From: Carpediemonas membranifera BICM | Taxonomy: Eukaryota > Protista > Fornicata | Assembly (NCBI GenBank): GCA_019828565.1 | Contig: JAHDYR010000064.1 | Coordinates: forward strand, 851,162 to 915,161 | Reading direction: 5' to 3' | DNA: 64,000 nt | Part shown: piece after piece, positions 21,571-33,024 of the stretch | Layout: each line of letters begins with the position of its first letter | Numbering within the stretch: position 1 is the stretch's first letter | The notes under the pieces: generated by a model | Seen by the model: only the letters and a program-made list of their open reading frames with translations | What the model was told of the DNA's origin: nothing | The model's database searches: none | Translations under genes and position numbers: made by a program

Positions 21571-23410
21571 GGGCCATGAAGCGGATATTCCCGTTCGGCT
21601 TGGCCAGGCGCTCTACGAGAGGGAGGTCGTCGGACGCGAAGTCGCTCCTGGGGATGGAGAAGGCGATCTTGCAAGTTGCCTGTGATTTGAGGAGTCGGAG
21701 CTCGGGCGATGTGATGTCTGGGACGACGAGGAAGACGGCTGAGGTCCAGGTTGACGGAGGGGATGTAGTCCGGGTCGCGAGGATCGAATTCAGGACTCGA
21801 CAGACCCGACCCAGTATCATCGGCGACGGGGGTGGTGCCGCATAGATCCGGTGTCCGCGCCAGTCCCGGTCCATCCCGTCTTGCCAGGAGGTGGAAGCGA
21901 ACCCTGGGAGGAGTAGACTGTGGTCTGGGTATGGAGTTACGTCTACGTCCACCGGACCCCAGCTGGACAGGATCTGCTCGAGGACGTGGGGTGGTGTGAG
22001 CAACCCCCGAGATAGGCGGTCTGCAGCTAGATTGAGATGACCTGGAGTGTGATGGGCGCTGATGAGCAGTCTCTTCGCGCTCATCTCGCGGTAAAGGGAG
22101 TGGAGGATCTGCAGGGCCATTGGCGGAGCCTTCGAGCTGCCCTCCTTGTTGATCCAAGCGACACACGTGGTGTTGTCGGAATACACGGTCAGGCGTCTCG
22201 TCTGAGGCTGTGTTGGCACCAGGCGCGAGCCGAAGAGTACGGCTGCCAACTCCTTCACGTTGATTGACTGATTGGCTAGCGCGCCATTGAAGGAGCCGTG
22301 GCTGCTCTGCGTGGTGGCTGCCCACTGGGCGCCCCAGCCCGAGCCTGAGGCGTCGGTTGATATGACCAGCTCGAGGGTCTGGTCGTTCTGCCACATGTTC
22401 TTCAGCTCCACGAAGGGGCGGCTTGGACGGCTGGACAACAGCTCTTGCCATTCTCGAAGTTCTGAGGCGTAGGGTGTGATGTCGATCCAGTCCGAGGGAG
22501 CCCTTGGCAGTGACCGGAGCTTTAGTGTGGCTCTGTGGGCGGATGTCGCGAAGAAGGACAGCTTGCCGACCAGCTTCGCCCAGTCCTCCGCCTTCATGCG
22601 GCGTTGAGCGAGGGCGTCGGTAATGCACGCTTGGTATTTCTCCGCCTTGTCGACTGGAAGGCGAAGGGTCTGGTCTTCCGAGTTCAGAAGCAGACCAAGG
22701 AACTCGATGCACTGGCAAGGAACCAGAATGCACTTCTCTAGAGATGGTATTAGTCCGAGGGCGTCCAGAGTTTGCATGGCCCGTGGTAGCTCTGCTTTGA
22801 GGTGGGCCTGGCTCTCGGCGGAAAGAAGAAAGTCGTCTAGGTATACGTTGACTGTCACGTGGTGCCGCAGGGCGATTATCTTCGCTGCCTGGATCATGGT
22901 GGACTGGAAAAGAAGGGTGCCGCCGTCCACCCGAATCCGAGGGTGCGGTAGCGAAATGCTCGCCCGTCTGGAAGTACGATCCCCAGGAGAGGCTTGTCGC
23001 TGTCCTTGATGCCGAGCTGTGAATATCCAGACCGGAGGTCTATCTTGGCCATCCAGGCATTCTTGCTGAGCGTGTTGATGGCCCGTCTGATGCCGAAGAG
23101 TCGGAAGGAGCGACGTTCTTTCGAGACGCGGTTGAGACGCGTGAGGTTGTGTATTACACGAATGTCCTGCCCCTTGGCCACGGCGAACAGAGGGGCGCTG
23201 TGGCGAAGTTCTGAAAGTCGTGTCGGCTCGATGATACCATCTTCCTGCATCTTGGAGAGTTTGGGTAAGATACGCGGGTCGATCGAGTTTTGTGGACGCG
23301 CCGGAGGGGGGAGGATGCGTGAGCTCGACCGGGATCCCTTCTCTGATCCAGCCCACGACTTGCTGAGAGGCCTTGAATCTTTCCCACACCCACCATCGCT
23401 TTTTGAGTGG
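21488..23410 (-). CDS. DIRS-type RT-RNase H-methyltransferase-like ORF (frameshifted)
   Basis: KIDLRSGY, LGFGW, YLDD, STDAS, INVKEL, SDN, ADRLSR, DW..IYAAPP. Confidence 0.9.
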   Translation of the reverse strand, partial: PLKKRWWVWERFKASQQVVGWIREGIPVELTHPPPSGASTKLDRPAYLTQTLQDAGRWYHRADTTFRTSPQRPSVRRGQGAGHSCNTQPHASQPRLERTSLLPTLRHQTGHQHAQQECLDGQDRPPVWIFTARHQGQRQASPGDRTSRRASISLPHPRIRVDGGTLLFQSTMIQAAKIIALRHHVTVNVYLDDFLLSAESQAHLKAELPRAMQTLDALGLIPSLEKCILVPCQCIEFLGLLLNSEDQTLRLPVDKAEKYQACITDALAQRRMKAEDWAKLVGKLSFFATSAHRATLKLRSLPRAPSDWIDITPYASELREWQELLSSRPSRPFVELKNMWQNDQTLELVISTDASGSGWGAQWAATTQSSHGSFNGALANQSINVKELAAVLFGSRLVPTQPQTRRLTVYSDNTTCVAWINKEGSSKAPPMALQILHSLYREMSAKRLLISAHHTPGHLNLAADRLSRGLLTPPHVLEQILSSWGPVDVDVTPYPDHSLLLPGFASTSWQDGMDRDWRGHRIYAAPPPSPMILGRVCRVLNSILATRTTSPPSTWTSAVFLVVPDITSPELRLLKSQATCKIAFSIPRSDFASDDLPLVERLAKPNGNIRFMALAFQTCSPASSTTQYSLTCADTRRAEQ

Positions 23411-23419
23411 AGGGAAAGG

Positions 23420-23905
23420 CTAGGACCTCGAGCGGCGGCCGTTGTGGCCGCCCTCCGGTTGAAAATTACGCCTCTTGCGCTTACCTTTCATCTTGGCGCG
23501 GGCTATGATGGCGTCGATGTCTAGCTCTGACTCAATGACGGATGCCTTGAGGGCAGCAGCTGCATAGTCGGTTGCCGCGTCATCGTAATCGTCCTTGAGG
23601 AGCAGTAGCTTATAGCGGCCGAGGAGTCGGAGGCGAAGTGTGTTGGCATCGAGCATGTCGGTGGCGATGTCCCTTAGAAGCTCTTTGATGAATCTGGCTT
23701 CATCGCGGGGACCAAAGCGTTGCGGAAGTTCTAAATCGGCGAGCGTGTTGAGGAATGAGCGGTTTCTTGCATTGACTGGCTCGTCGTAATCGGGCCCCTG
23801 CGCGATGTTCGCTTCAACCGAAGCTAAACGGCCAGAAAGCTCGCCTAGAACCCTTAGTATCTCCTCTTGTTGCGGATTGGGCGTGCCCGTGTCTTCTTCG
23901 GGCAT
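23420..23905 (-). CDS. Gag-like ORF1 of YR element 1
   Basis: Homologous to the other ORF1s (LP.RFG.RDEA, LLLLKD, AKxKG). Confidence 0.8.
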   Translation of the reverse strand: MPEEDTGTPNPQQEEILRVLGELSGRLASVEANIAQGPDYDEPVNARNRSFLNTLADLELPQRFGPRDEARFIKELLRDIATDMLDANTLRLRLLGRYKLLLLKDDYDDAATDYAAAALKASVIESELDIDAIIARAKMKGKRKRRNFQPEGGHNGRRSRS

Positions 23906-25296
23906 CTTTCGAATTCTGCCATATCCTGCACATCTGGTCGAATCAATCCAACGATCAATAGTCTCCGGCCCGCGCTCCCCGCGGGACCATCCGACCCTCA
24001 GCACCCCGGGTGCCCTGGTCGAGTGCTGCTCACCTCGGCGTGACGGCCGTGCCATATAACATGGCCAACTAACATATAATCACCAACCCAGAGGGAACCA
24101 CTCACCCAGAGGACACACTACTACCGCTACTCTCACACTACAATAACCTCGCATTGTTATAGCGGGAGCGGATCAAGGCGCCAGCGAAACCATTTCGCTT
24201 CGACGAACGCGTTTAAAGATTGTTTGGAATGATTAGGAGCGCAGCGTTAAAGACGCTTCGCGCTAGGCCGCAGCAGACTCCTTGTCGCTTCGCGGACGAA
24301 GAGAGGCTCGTTGCGCATAGCCTGTCCGATGTAAGAGCGCAAACTACGAACCTCCCGCCAGGTACCCATGGCGAGCAGAGCCTCCAGAGGCGTGCCACAT
24401 AGGGCAAGCTCCGAGGCGGCACCCTTGCGGAACGAATGCCAGCCCGACCTTGGGCCGAATAAGCGCTTCACGTCCTGCAGCAAACCCCTAGCTGACCGTG
24501 GGTTGCGACGACTGAGCGTATTGCGGGGAGTCACCTCCCGCCACATGCAGGCATCGTCCGGAAGAGATAGGCCAGTCAGTCAGCGCTGTAAAGTCTTAGC
24601 TGGGTTAAAACCCTGGATCCAGACGTTAGGGAGTCTCTTAGCCACCCCTATCATGGTCTTGGTACGAGGGATGCCGAGCGTGGCGTCACCGTTAGGCTCG
24701 AAGGTGATGCGCCCGGGCGTTAGCGTGAAGATCTCCCTTCCTCGACTGACTGTCAAGTAGCACATGGACGCAAACAGGGTTGCCTGGTATGCCCTGATAG
24801 AACTGTTGCGGTTCGCGATGGCGTCGCTCATCTCGATCCTGTAGACTGGGCGTGACCCTCCGGTGAGACCCTTCAGGGTAGCTCTCTTGCGGGCTTCTTT
24901 CTGGATCGCCTGCGCGTCGAGAGGAACTCTCCAGCTAGACCATCGCGGGGCTGCTTGGATGACCCAGTAAGCCTTGCGGCCGACCGAGTCCGGCCCTGAG
25001 TTCCTTCCCTCTTTGAGCAGGAATGCCCTGAACTGGGCTGCGTGGGACAGCTTCGGATCTCTACTCTCGATGAACTTGGTAACCCAGCCGGCGACCGCTC
25101 GCCTTCCTTGCTCCTCGAGGTGCGAGAGCTGATCAGATAGTCTGATTCCTTCGAACAGGTTGGAAGGGCCAGACCGATGTACCTCGACTTCATGCCGCTC
25201 TGGGGCTCGGTGGTCGAGAAGTAGCGCTTCAGGCGAGCTGCCTGCTTGAGGAGGCGCAACTCTGGCGACATAGTGTCTTTCACGAGGAGGAATATC

Positions 25297-25413
25297 TGTG
25301 ACGGGCAGGGGACAGGAACACCGAAGGGAAACGATGAACTAACTTTAAATTGACTTTGACGATCATTGACCAATCATAAAAGAACTGATTGGGACAGCTA
25401 ACACAACGTGACA
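25297..25413 (-). repeat. Gypsy C 3' LTR (117 bp)
   Basis: TGTCAC...GTCACA, preceded on the minus strand by a short purine tract GGAGGCAG. Confidence 0.93.
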
Positions 25414-25718
25414 CTGCCTCCATGAGTGGGCATAGGCCGTCTATGTTCGTAGGGGGTTCAATTGGGGTCGCCATTCGGCCCCTCATCAATTGATTCAGAA
25501 GGATGGTGGTGAACTCGCATGGTGGAAAATCTGTCCGGATACACGCAAAATCATACAACGAACCGCTAAGTAACTAATCAACATCAATATTCTTGAACGG
25601 CGTCGTGTTCCGCATCATTCTCAACGCAAAGCACACAATACAAGAGCCGCACTTGCAAATCTGCGGTTTCTGCCTCCGCAATGAGAGATGTGGAGTATTA
25701 TTAAGTAGATGACGACAA

Positions 25719-28700
25719 CTAGAGAGCTTTACGGGCGCTCTTCATCTTCTTGAGCAATTGGGGATGCTCAGCAAGATAGTCGTCAAGGGCAGCGAGCTTG
25801 TCGAGGTCTCGGGTAAAAGGCTCCCAAGTTGCCTCACTATCGTCGTAGCCGTGCCAGAGCACGTGGAATTGGAGGTTCCTCTGCCTGCAGCGGTGGGCGT
25901 CAACTCCTCGGACGACATACTCGTTGTGCAGGCGGGCGGCCCATCGTTGCAGCTCAGCATCTGTATATGACCCCTTAAACGTATAAAGAGAGTCTGCGTG
26001 CGCTGTGACGGTTGCAAGAGTTGTCAGGTCCTTGAGGGTGTAGACGTTAGGGTGGTCGCCAGGTGAGAGGACTCGCATAGGGCCTCGGATGATAGGGCCA
26101 ACGGGCGTGTCTCGCCGGAGTAGAACCGCTGCGCCAACGATTGGTGCGTGCGTCTCCGAAGGGGGCTCGCGTGACACTGCTGATCCTTGGTGGGCCTGAA
26201 GGGCGAGGAGGGATGAGCGGAAGTGGTCGAGGGAAATAGGGGAGTCATCGGTCGCGTTGTTGGTCGTGTGGAGCTGCTTACCGAAGAGAGCTGCATTGGC
26301 CGAAAGGCCGCTGTACTCATAGGGGATGTCGTTGAGCAGAATCACTGTGTTGGGGACTTCCTCAGGCCAGCTCCTGCCTGATTCAAGGGTAAAAGCCTTC
26401 AAATGGCGCTTGATCTCGGCGTTGCGTCTTTCAACTACACCACGGCCTGCCGGGTGATAAGCTGTACCGAGTTCATGCCTAATGCCATTCTCGGCCACGA
26501 ATGACTTGAATGCCTGGGAAGAGAATCCGGATGCGTTGTCAGAGACGATAGCTTCGGGTATTCCATAGTGTTTGATCCAGTGTTCTAAAGAGTTGATGAC
26601 CTCTGCTGTCGAGGTCGACTGTGTCGGGTACACTTGGGTGAGCTTAGAGAATGTGTCAACTACGACTAGTGCGTGCCGGAGTGAGGGGTGACCATCTAGC
26701 GGACCAATGTGGTCCATTTGTACCACTTGGAAGGGGTATGTCCCAGCCAATGCATGCGGGTGCTGGCCGACGGGTTGAACGTTCAGACGGGTGAGCTGAC
26801 AGACTGGGCACTCACTTACCCATTGTTGGACGTCTTTGTGGAGACCCGGCCAAGATTGTCCCGCATTCGCGATGCGACGGCAGGTGGCGCGAACACCGAG
26901 GTGTCCTGCTGAACCGCCATGGTGTGCCTTGAACGTCTCGCGCTTGTTGAGCGATGCTTCTGCAGTGCTCACATGGACTAGGCGAGATAGCGTGTCAGCA
27001 ACGGTGTTCTCTTGACCAGGGATATGGACGAGGTCGAAGTCGAACTCATTCATCGCTAGTCGCCAGCGAATGACTTTGGCGTTGGTGGATTTGTGGGCAA
27101 ATAACAGGTTGCGGTGGTCAGTATGTGTTACGAAGTGGCGTCCGGCGAGATATCGCTTCATCTTCGTCATTCCAAAGTAAAGACCGTAACATTCCTGTTC
27201 AGTGGTGGACCAGCGGCGCTGGGTTGGGTTCAAAGTGTGGGAGAAGAAGGCGATGGGGTGCCCTTCCTCGTTCGCGAGCATGCCGCCAACGGCGACGTCC
27301 GAGGCGTCGGTGTACAGATGGAGTGTCTCATCAGGTTGTGGGTGTCGTAGCACCCTTTCCGTTAGTAACTCTGTCTTGACTGCCTCAAGGGCTCTTTGTT
27401 GACTGGAACCCCAGGCGAAGGGGCCTGCGGTGGCTCTGGTGAGCACAGTGATTGGCTCTGTGATGTCGGCATACCTCTCGATGATGGGGCGGAAGTAGTT
27501 TGCCAGGCCTAGCACCGAGCGGGCTTCAGTCAGGTTGGTGGGGGGCTTGATGTCGCGAATCGCCTGGAGGCGATCAGGAGCGATCCTGCGGCCTCGTGCA
27601 TTGAGTCTCCATCCTAAGTAGTCGATTTCTTCGACACCGAGGACTGTCTTGGCAGCGTTAAGGCGGAGACCCGCCGCGTGAAGCTTGTGCAGAACGTCCC
27701 GGAGGTTCTTCAAGAAGGTGTTCCTATCCTTCCCATATATGATGACGTCGTCCACGTACGCTAAGGCCTGAGTGTACAGGCTGTCACTGAGAACGGCTTC
27801 GAGAGCCCGTTGACACTGGATAGGGGCATTCTTCATTCCAAACGGCATGCGGCAGTACTCAAATTTCCCCAGGCCATCCACTGTGAAGGCAGTATACTTG
27901 CAACTATCACTAGCCATGGGAACTTGATGAAAAGCCGATTTCAGGTCTAAAGCCGCGAAGAATTTTGCTCCCTCGAGGTGATCCAGGAGGTTGTCTATCA
28001 GTGGCAGGGGGTGACTGTCGGGCGAGGTGATGAGATTGAGGGCTCGGAAATCTAGGCATAGTCGTAGGGCTCCGCCCCGCTTCTTAGCCATGACTATCGG
28101 GTTGTTGAATGCCGATGTGGATCTCCGGATGATACCCTGGGCCTCTAGTTCATGGACTTGGCGCACAATCTCGGTCCGTACAGGTGTGGAATAGCGGTAG
28201 GGGTAGACGTTAATGACTTTGTCTGGGTCTTCGGTCTTGACCTTGAAGGGGGGCAGAGTTGATGTCACGGACAGATCTTCCTCGAAGAGGCCAGGTAGAT
28301 CTTGCAAGATTCGCGATATCTGCTCCTCGAACTTCATGATCGTAGGTGTGGTGGTCTCAGTTGCGTCATGTAGGGCATCCACATCGAACATGTCGTCGTA
28401 ATCATCCCCAACCTCCACAATGAGGTCGTCAGCGGGGAATTTAATCAATCCGGCGGACACGAGCAAGGGGAACCCAATGACTGTAGGAGCTGGGAGCTTT
28501 TCGCGCATGATAATGAACTTTGTCTTGATCGTGAGCTTGTGGCCAGTGGCGGAGGGGAACTCACAGTCAGCCGTCATTACATGGGTCGTATTAACCTTCT
28601 GTCCAGTGAACAACTGGACCTGATGGGACTCGAGTGAAGGCTCAATGGGCAGCGAGGAAGCTAGCTCTTCTGAGATAAAGTTGGCCGTGGCGCCAGTGTC

Positions 28701-29541
28701 GTACAACGCAGATGAGGGGCACTGCAGGAGGCGGATCGGGAACAGGGGACGAGCAGAGGCTTGGCTAGGCTTACCTTGGGTCAGAGCTGCGAGGAGAAAG
28801 TCAACGTATGCCTGCCCTTTACTCTTGGACCGGCGACCTTCTCTCTCCGCTTGCTCAGCCTTTCTGGCTTGCGCAATAGCTGCCTGAGCCGTTCGTTCAA
28901 ACGATCGCTTGTCCTTGTAGGTGGCGCAGCGCTCACGTAGACGGTCTCCGCGCACGTTGGTCAGGAACTTCTGAACTAACGAAGACTCCTTCGGACGGAC
29001 ATGCGCGCAGTTCATAATCATCCGCGAGTAAAGGAACACATAGGTTAGCATGGACTCGTAGAGGTTACCGTCGGGGAACTTGATATCGTCGAACCGGTCG
29101 AGAGCATCTTGCTTATCAAGGGGGGCGAAGATGCGGTTCACGCGATCAATAAAAAGCCTCATTCCAGTCTTCGGGAGGGGGAGCCAGCTCATTGTCATCA
29201 TCGGAAGAGGATGAGTCGGAGTCGTCAGACGTGTCTTCGTCCTCTTCTTCTTCTGCAGGCGCGGCGGCGACCATAGCGATCTGGCCTACATTCTCCTCGG
29301 CCACTTCAGGCACATGAGGAGATTCAAGTGCCGCGCGCGCTTCTGCGATAAAGGCATGGAGCTCAGGATCACTCAGCTCCAGGAGCTGAATAACAATGGG
29401 GCTAATGAGACTGAAGATCGGAATTTCGGAGTTCGTGCGGGCGTTAAAAGAACGGTAATTGTCTCGGAACGAGTACCATGATTTCGGCTTAGCCGAATTC
29501 AACCATGGGGCCAAAAAGTTAGACAGGGCGTCAATGTTCAT
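25719..29541 (-). CDS. gag-pol: Gypsy C Gag-Pol (gag, protease, RT, RNase H, integrase, chromodomain); one frameshift near 29150
   Basis: LYDTGA, YVDD, TDAS, HH..GH..CPVC, SDN..ERRN, VLWHGY..TWEP. Confidence 0.95.
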
Positions 29542-29574
29542 CGGGAAAGTAGCCTTAATCGAAAGTTATATAAC

Positions 29575-29691
29575 TGTGACGGGCAGGGGACAGGAACACC
29601 GAAGGGAAACGATGAACTAACTTTAAATTGACTTTGACGATCATTGACCAATCATAAAAGAACTGATTGGGACAGCTAACACAACGTGACA
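29575..29691 (-). repeat. Gypsy C shared middle LTR
   Basis: Identical to 25297-25413 as far as can be read. Confidence 0.93.
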
Positions 29692-29996
29692 CTGCCTCCA
29701 TGAGTGGGCATAGGCCGTCTATGTTCGTAGGGGGTTCAATTGGGGTCGCCATTCGGCCCCTCATCAATTGATTCAGAAGGATGGTGGTGAACTCGCATGG
29801 TGGAAAATCTGTCCGGATACACGCAAAATCATACAACGAACCGCTAAGTAACTAATCAACATCAATATTCTTGAACGGCGTCGTGTTCCGCATCATTCTC
29901 AACGCAAAGCACACAATACAAGAGCCGCACTTGCAAATCTGCGGTTTCTGCCTCCGCAATGAGAGATGTGGAGTATTATTAAGTAGATGACGACAA

Positions 29997-32874
29997 CTAG
30001 AGAGCTTTACGGGCGCTCTTCATCTTCTTGAGCAATTGGGGATGCTCAGCAAGATAGTCGTCAAGGGCAGCGAGCTTGTCGAGGTCTCGGGTAAAAGGCT
30101 CCCAAGTTGCCTCACTATCGTCGTAGCCGTGCCAGAGCACGTGGAATTGGAGGTTCCTCTGCCTGCAGCGGTGGGCGTCAACTCCTCGGACGACATACTC
30201 GTTGTGCAGGCGGGCGGCCCATCGTTGCAGCTCAGCATCTGTATATGACCCCTTAAACGTATAAAGAGAGTCTGCGTGCGCTGTGACGGTTGCAAGAGTT
30301 GTCAGGTCCTTGAGGGTGTAGACGTTAGGGTGGTCGCCAGGTGAGAGGACTCGCATAGGGCCTCGGATGATAGGGCCAACGGGCGTGTCTCGCCGGAGTA
30401 GAACCGCTGCGCCAACGATTGGTGCGTGCGTCTCCGAAGGGGGCTCGCGTGACACTGCTGATCCTTGGTGGGCCTGAAGGGCGAGGAGGGATGAGCGGAA
30501 GTGCTCGAGGGAAATAGGGGAGTCATCGGTCGCGTTGTTGGTCGTGTGGAGCTGCTTACCGAAGAGAGCTGCATTGGCCGAAAGGCCGCTGTACTCATAG
30601 GGGATGTCGTTGAGCAGAATCACTGTGTTGGGGACTTCCTCAGGCCAGCTCCTGCCTGATTCAAGGGTAAAAAGCCTTCAAATGGCGCTTGATCTCGGCG
30701 TTGCGTCTTTCAACTACACCACGGCCTGCCGGGTGATAAGCTGTACCGAGTTCATGCCTAATGCCATTCTCGGCCACGAATGACTTGAATGCCTGGGAAG
30801 AGAATCCGGATGCGTTGTCAGAGACGATAGCTTCGGGTATTCCATAGTGTTTGATCCAGTGTTCTAAAGAGTTGATGACCTCTGCTGTCGAGGTCGACTG
30901 TGTCGGGTACACTTGGGTGAGCTTAGAGAATGTGTCAACTACGACTAGTGCGTGCCGGAGTGAGGGGTGACCATCTAGCGGACCAATGTGGTCCATTTGT
31001 ACCACTTGGAAGGGGTATGTCCCAGCCAATGCATGCGGGTGCTGGCCGACGGGTTGAACGTTCAGACGGGTGAGCTGACAGACTGGGCACTCACTTACCC
31101 ATTGTTGGACGTCTTTGTGGAGACCCGGCCAAGATTGTCCCGCATTCGCGATGCGACGGCAGGTGGCGCGAACACCGAGGTGTCCTGCTGAACCGCCATG
31201 GTGTGCCTTGAACGTCTCGCGCTTGTTGAGCGATGCTTCTGCAGTGCTCACATGGACTAGGCGAGATAGCGTGTCAGCAACGGTGTTCTCTTGACCAGGG
31301 ATATGGACGAGGTCGAAGTCGAACTCATTCATCGCTAGTCGCCAGCGAATGACTTTGGCGTTGGTGGATTTGTGGGCAAATAACAGGTTGCGGTGGTCAG
31401 TATGTGTTACGAAGTGGCGTCCGGCGAGATATCGCTTCATCTTCGTCATTCCAAAGTAAAGACCGTAACATTCCTGTTCAGTGGTGGACCAGCGGCGCTG
31501 GGTTGGGTTCAAAGTGTGGGAGAAGAAGGCGATGGGGTGCCCTTCCTCGTTCGCGAGCATGCCGCCAACGGCGACGTCCGAGGCGTCGGTGTACAGATGG
31601 AGTGTCTCATCAGGTTGTGGGTGTCGTAGCACCCTTTCCGTTAGTAACTCTGTCTTGACTGCCTCAAGGGCTCTTTGTTGACTGGAACCCCCAGGCGAAG
31701 GGGGCCTGCGGTGGCTCTGGTGAGCACAGTGATTGGCTCTGTGATGTCGGCATACCTCTCGATGATGGGGCGGAAGTAGTTTGCCAGGCCTAGCACCGAG
31801 CGGGCTTCAGTCAGGTTGGTGGGGGGCTTGATGTCGCGAATCGCCTGGAGGCGATCAGGAGCGATCCTGCGGCCTCGTGCATTGAGTCTCCATCCTAAGT
31901 AGTCGATTTCTTCGACACCGAGGACTGTCTTGGCAGCGTTAAGGCGGAGACCCGCCGCGTGAAGCTTGTGCAGAACGTCCCGGAGGTTCTTCAAGAAGGT
32001 GTTCCTATCCTTCCCATATATGATGACGTCGTCCACGTACGCTAAGGCCTGAGTGTACAGGCTGTCACTGAGAACGGCTTCGAGAGCCCGTTGACACTGG
32101 ATAGGGGCATTCTTCATTCCAAACGGCATGCGGCAGTACTCAAATTTCCCCAGGCCATCCACTGTGAAGGCAGTATACTTGCAACTATCACTAGCCATGG
32201 GAACTTGATGAAAAGCCGATTTCAGGTCTAAAGCCGCGAAGAATTTTGCTCCCTCGAGGTGATCCAGGAGGTTGTCTATCAGTGGCAGGGGGTGACTGTC
32301 GGGCGAGGTGATGAGATTGAGGGCTCGGAAATCTAGGCATAGTCGTAGGGCTCCGCCCCGCTTCTTAGCCATGACTATCGGGTTGTTGAATGCCGATGTG
32401 GATCTCCGGATGATACCCTGGGCCTCTAGTTCATGGACTTGGCGCACAATCTCGGTCCGTACAGGTGTGGAATAGCGGTAGGGGTAGACGTTAATGACTT
32501 TGTCTGGGTCTTCGGTCTTGACCTTGAAGGGGGGCAGAGTTGATGTCACGGACAGATCTTCCTCGAAGAGGCCAGGTAGATCTTGCAAGATTCGCGATAT
32601 CTGCTCCTCGAACTTCATGATCGTAGGTGTGGTGGTCTTCAGGCACATGAGGAGATTCAAGTGCCGCGCGCGCTTCTGCGATAAAGGCATGGAGCTCAGG
32701 ATCACTCAGCTCCAGGAGCTGAATAACAATGGGGCTAATGAGACTGAAGATCGGAATTTCGGAGTTCGTGCGGGCGTTAAAAGAACGGTAATTGTCTCGG
32801 AACGAGTACCATGATTTCGGCTTAGCCGAATTCAACCATGGGGCCAAAAAGTTAGACAGGGCGTCAATGTTCAT
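29997..32874 (-). pseudogene. Second Gypsy C unit with an about 950-bp deletion removing most of gag and the protease
   Basis: Junction near 32638 joins the equivalents of about 29305 and 28358. Confidence 0.9.
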
Positions 32875-32907
32875 CGGGAAAGTAGCCTTAATCGAAAGTT
32901 ATATAAC

Positions 32908-33024
32908 TGTGACGGGCAGGGGACAGGAACACCGAAGGGAAACGATGAACTAACTTTAAATTGACTTTGACGATCATTGACCAATCATAAAAGAACTGAT
33001 TGGGACAGCTAACACAACGTGACA
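32908..33024 (-). repeat. Gypsy C 5' LTR
   Basis: Same LTR, abutting the TSD. Confidence 0.93.

Larger units (their letters stand above)
20493..24054 (-). mobile_element. PAT/DIRS-like YR retrotransposon 1 (ends inferred)
   Basis: gag, RT-RH-MT and YR ORFs; 5' TGGCAC at 24054 and a 3' GCTAG-N6-CTAGC hairpin like that of element 3. Confidence 0.85.
25297..33024 (-). mobile_element. Tandem (three-LTR) Gypsy chromovirus family C insertion with ATATC TSD
   Basis: 117-bp LTRs at 25297, 29575 and 32908; ATATC at 25292-25296 and 33025-33029. Confidence 0.95.

Noticed and set aside
29140-29165. Programmed frameshift in Gypsy C gag
   Set aside because: A single extra T in a T-run, mid-gag; similar homopolymer indels occur throughout, so an error is more likely.
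32630-32650. Deletion as a spliced-out intron
   Set aside because: Boundaries are one base off GT..AG; CTGA(A)G microhomology explains it.
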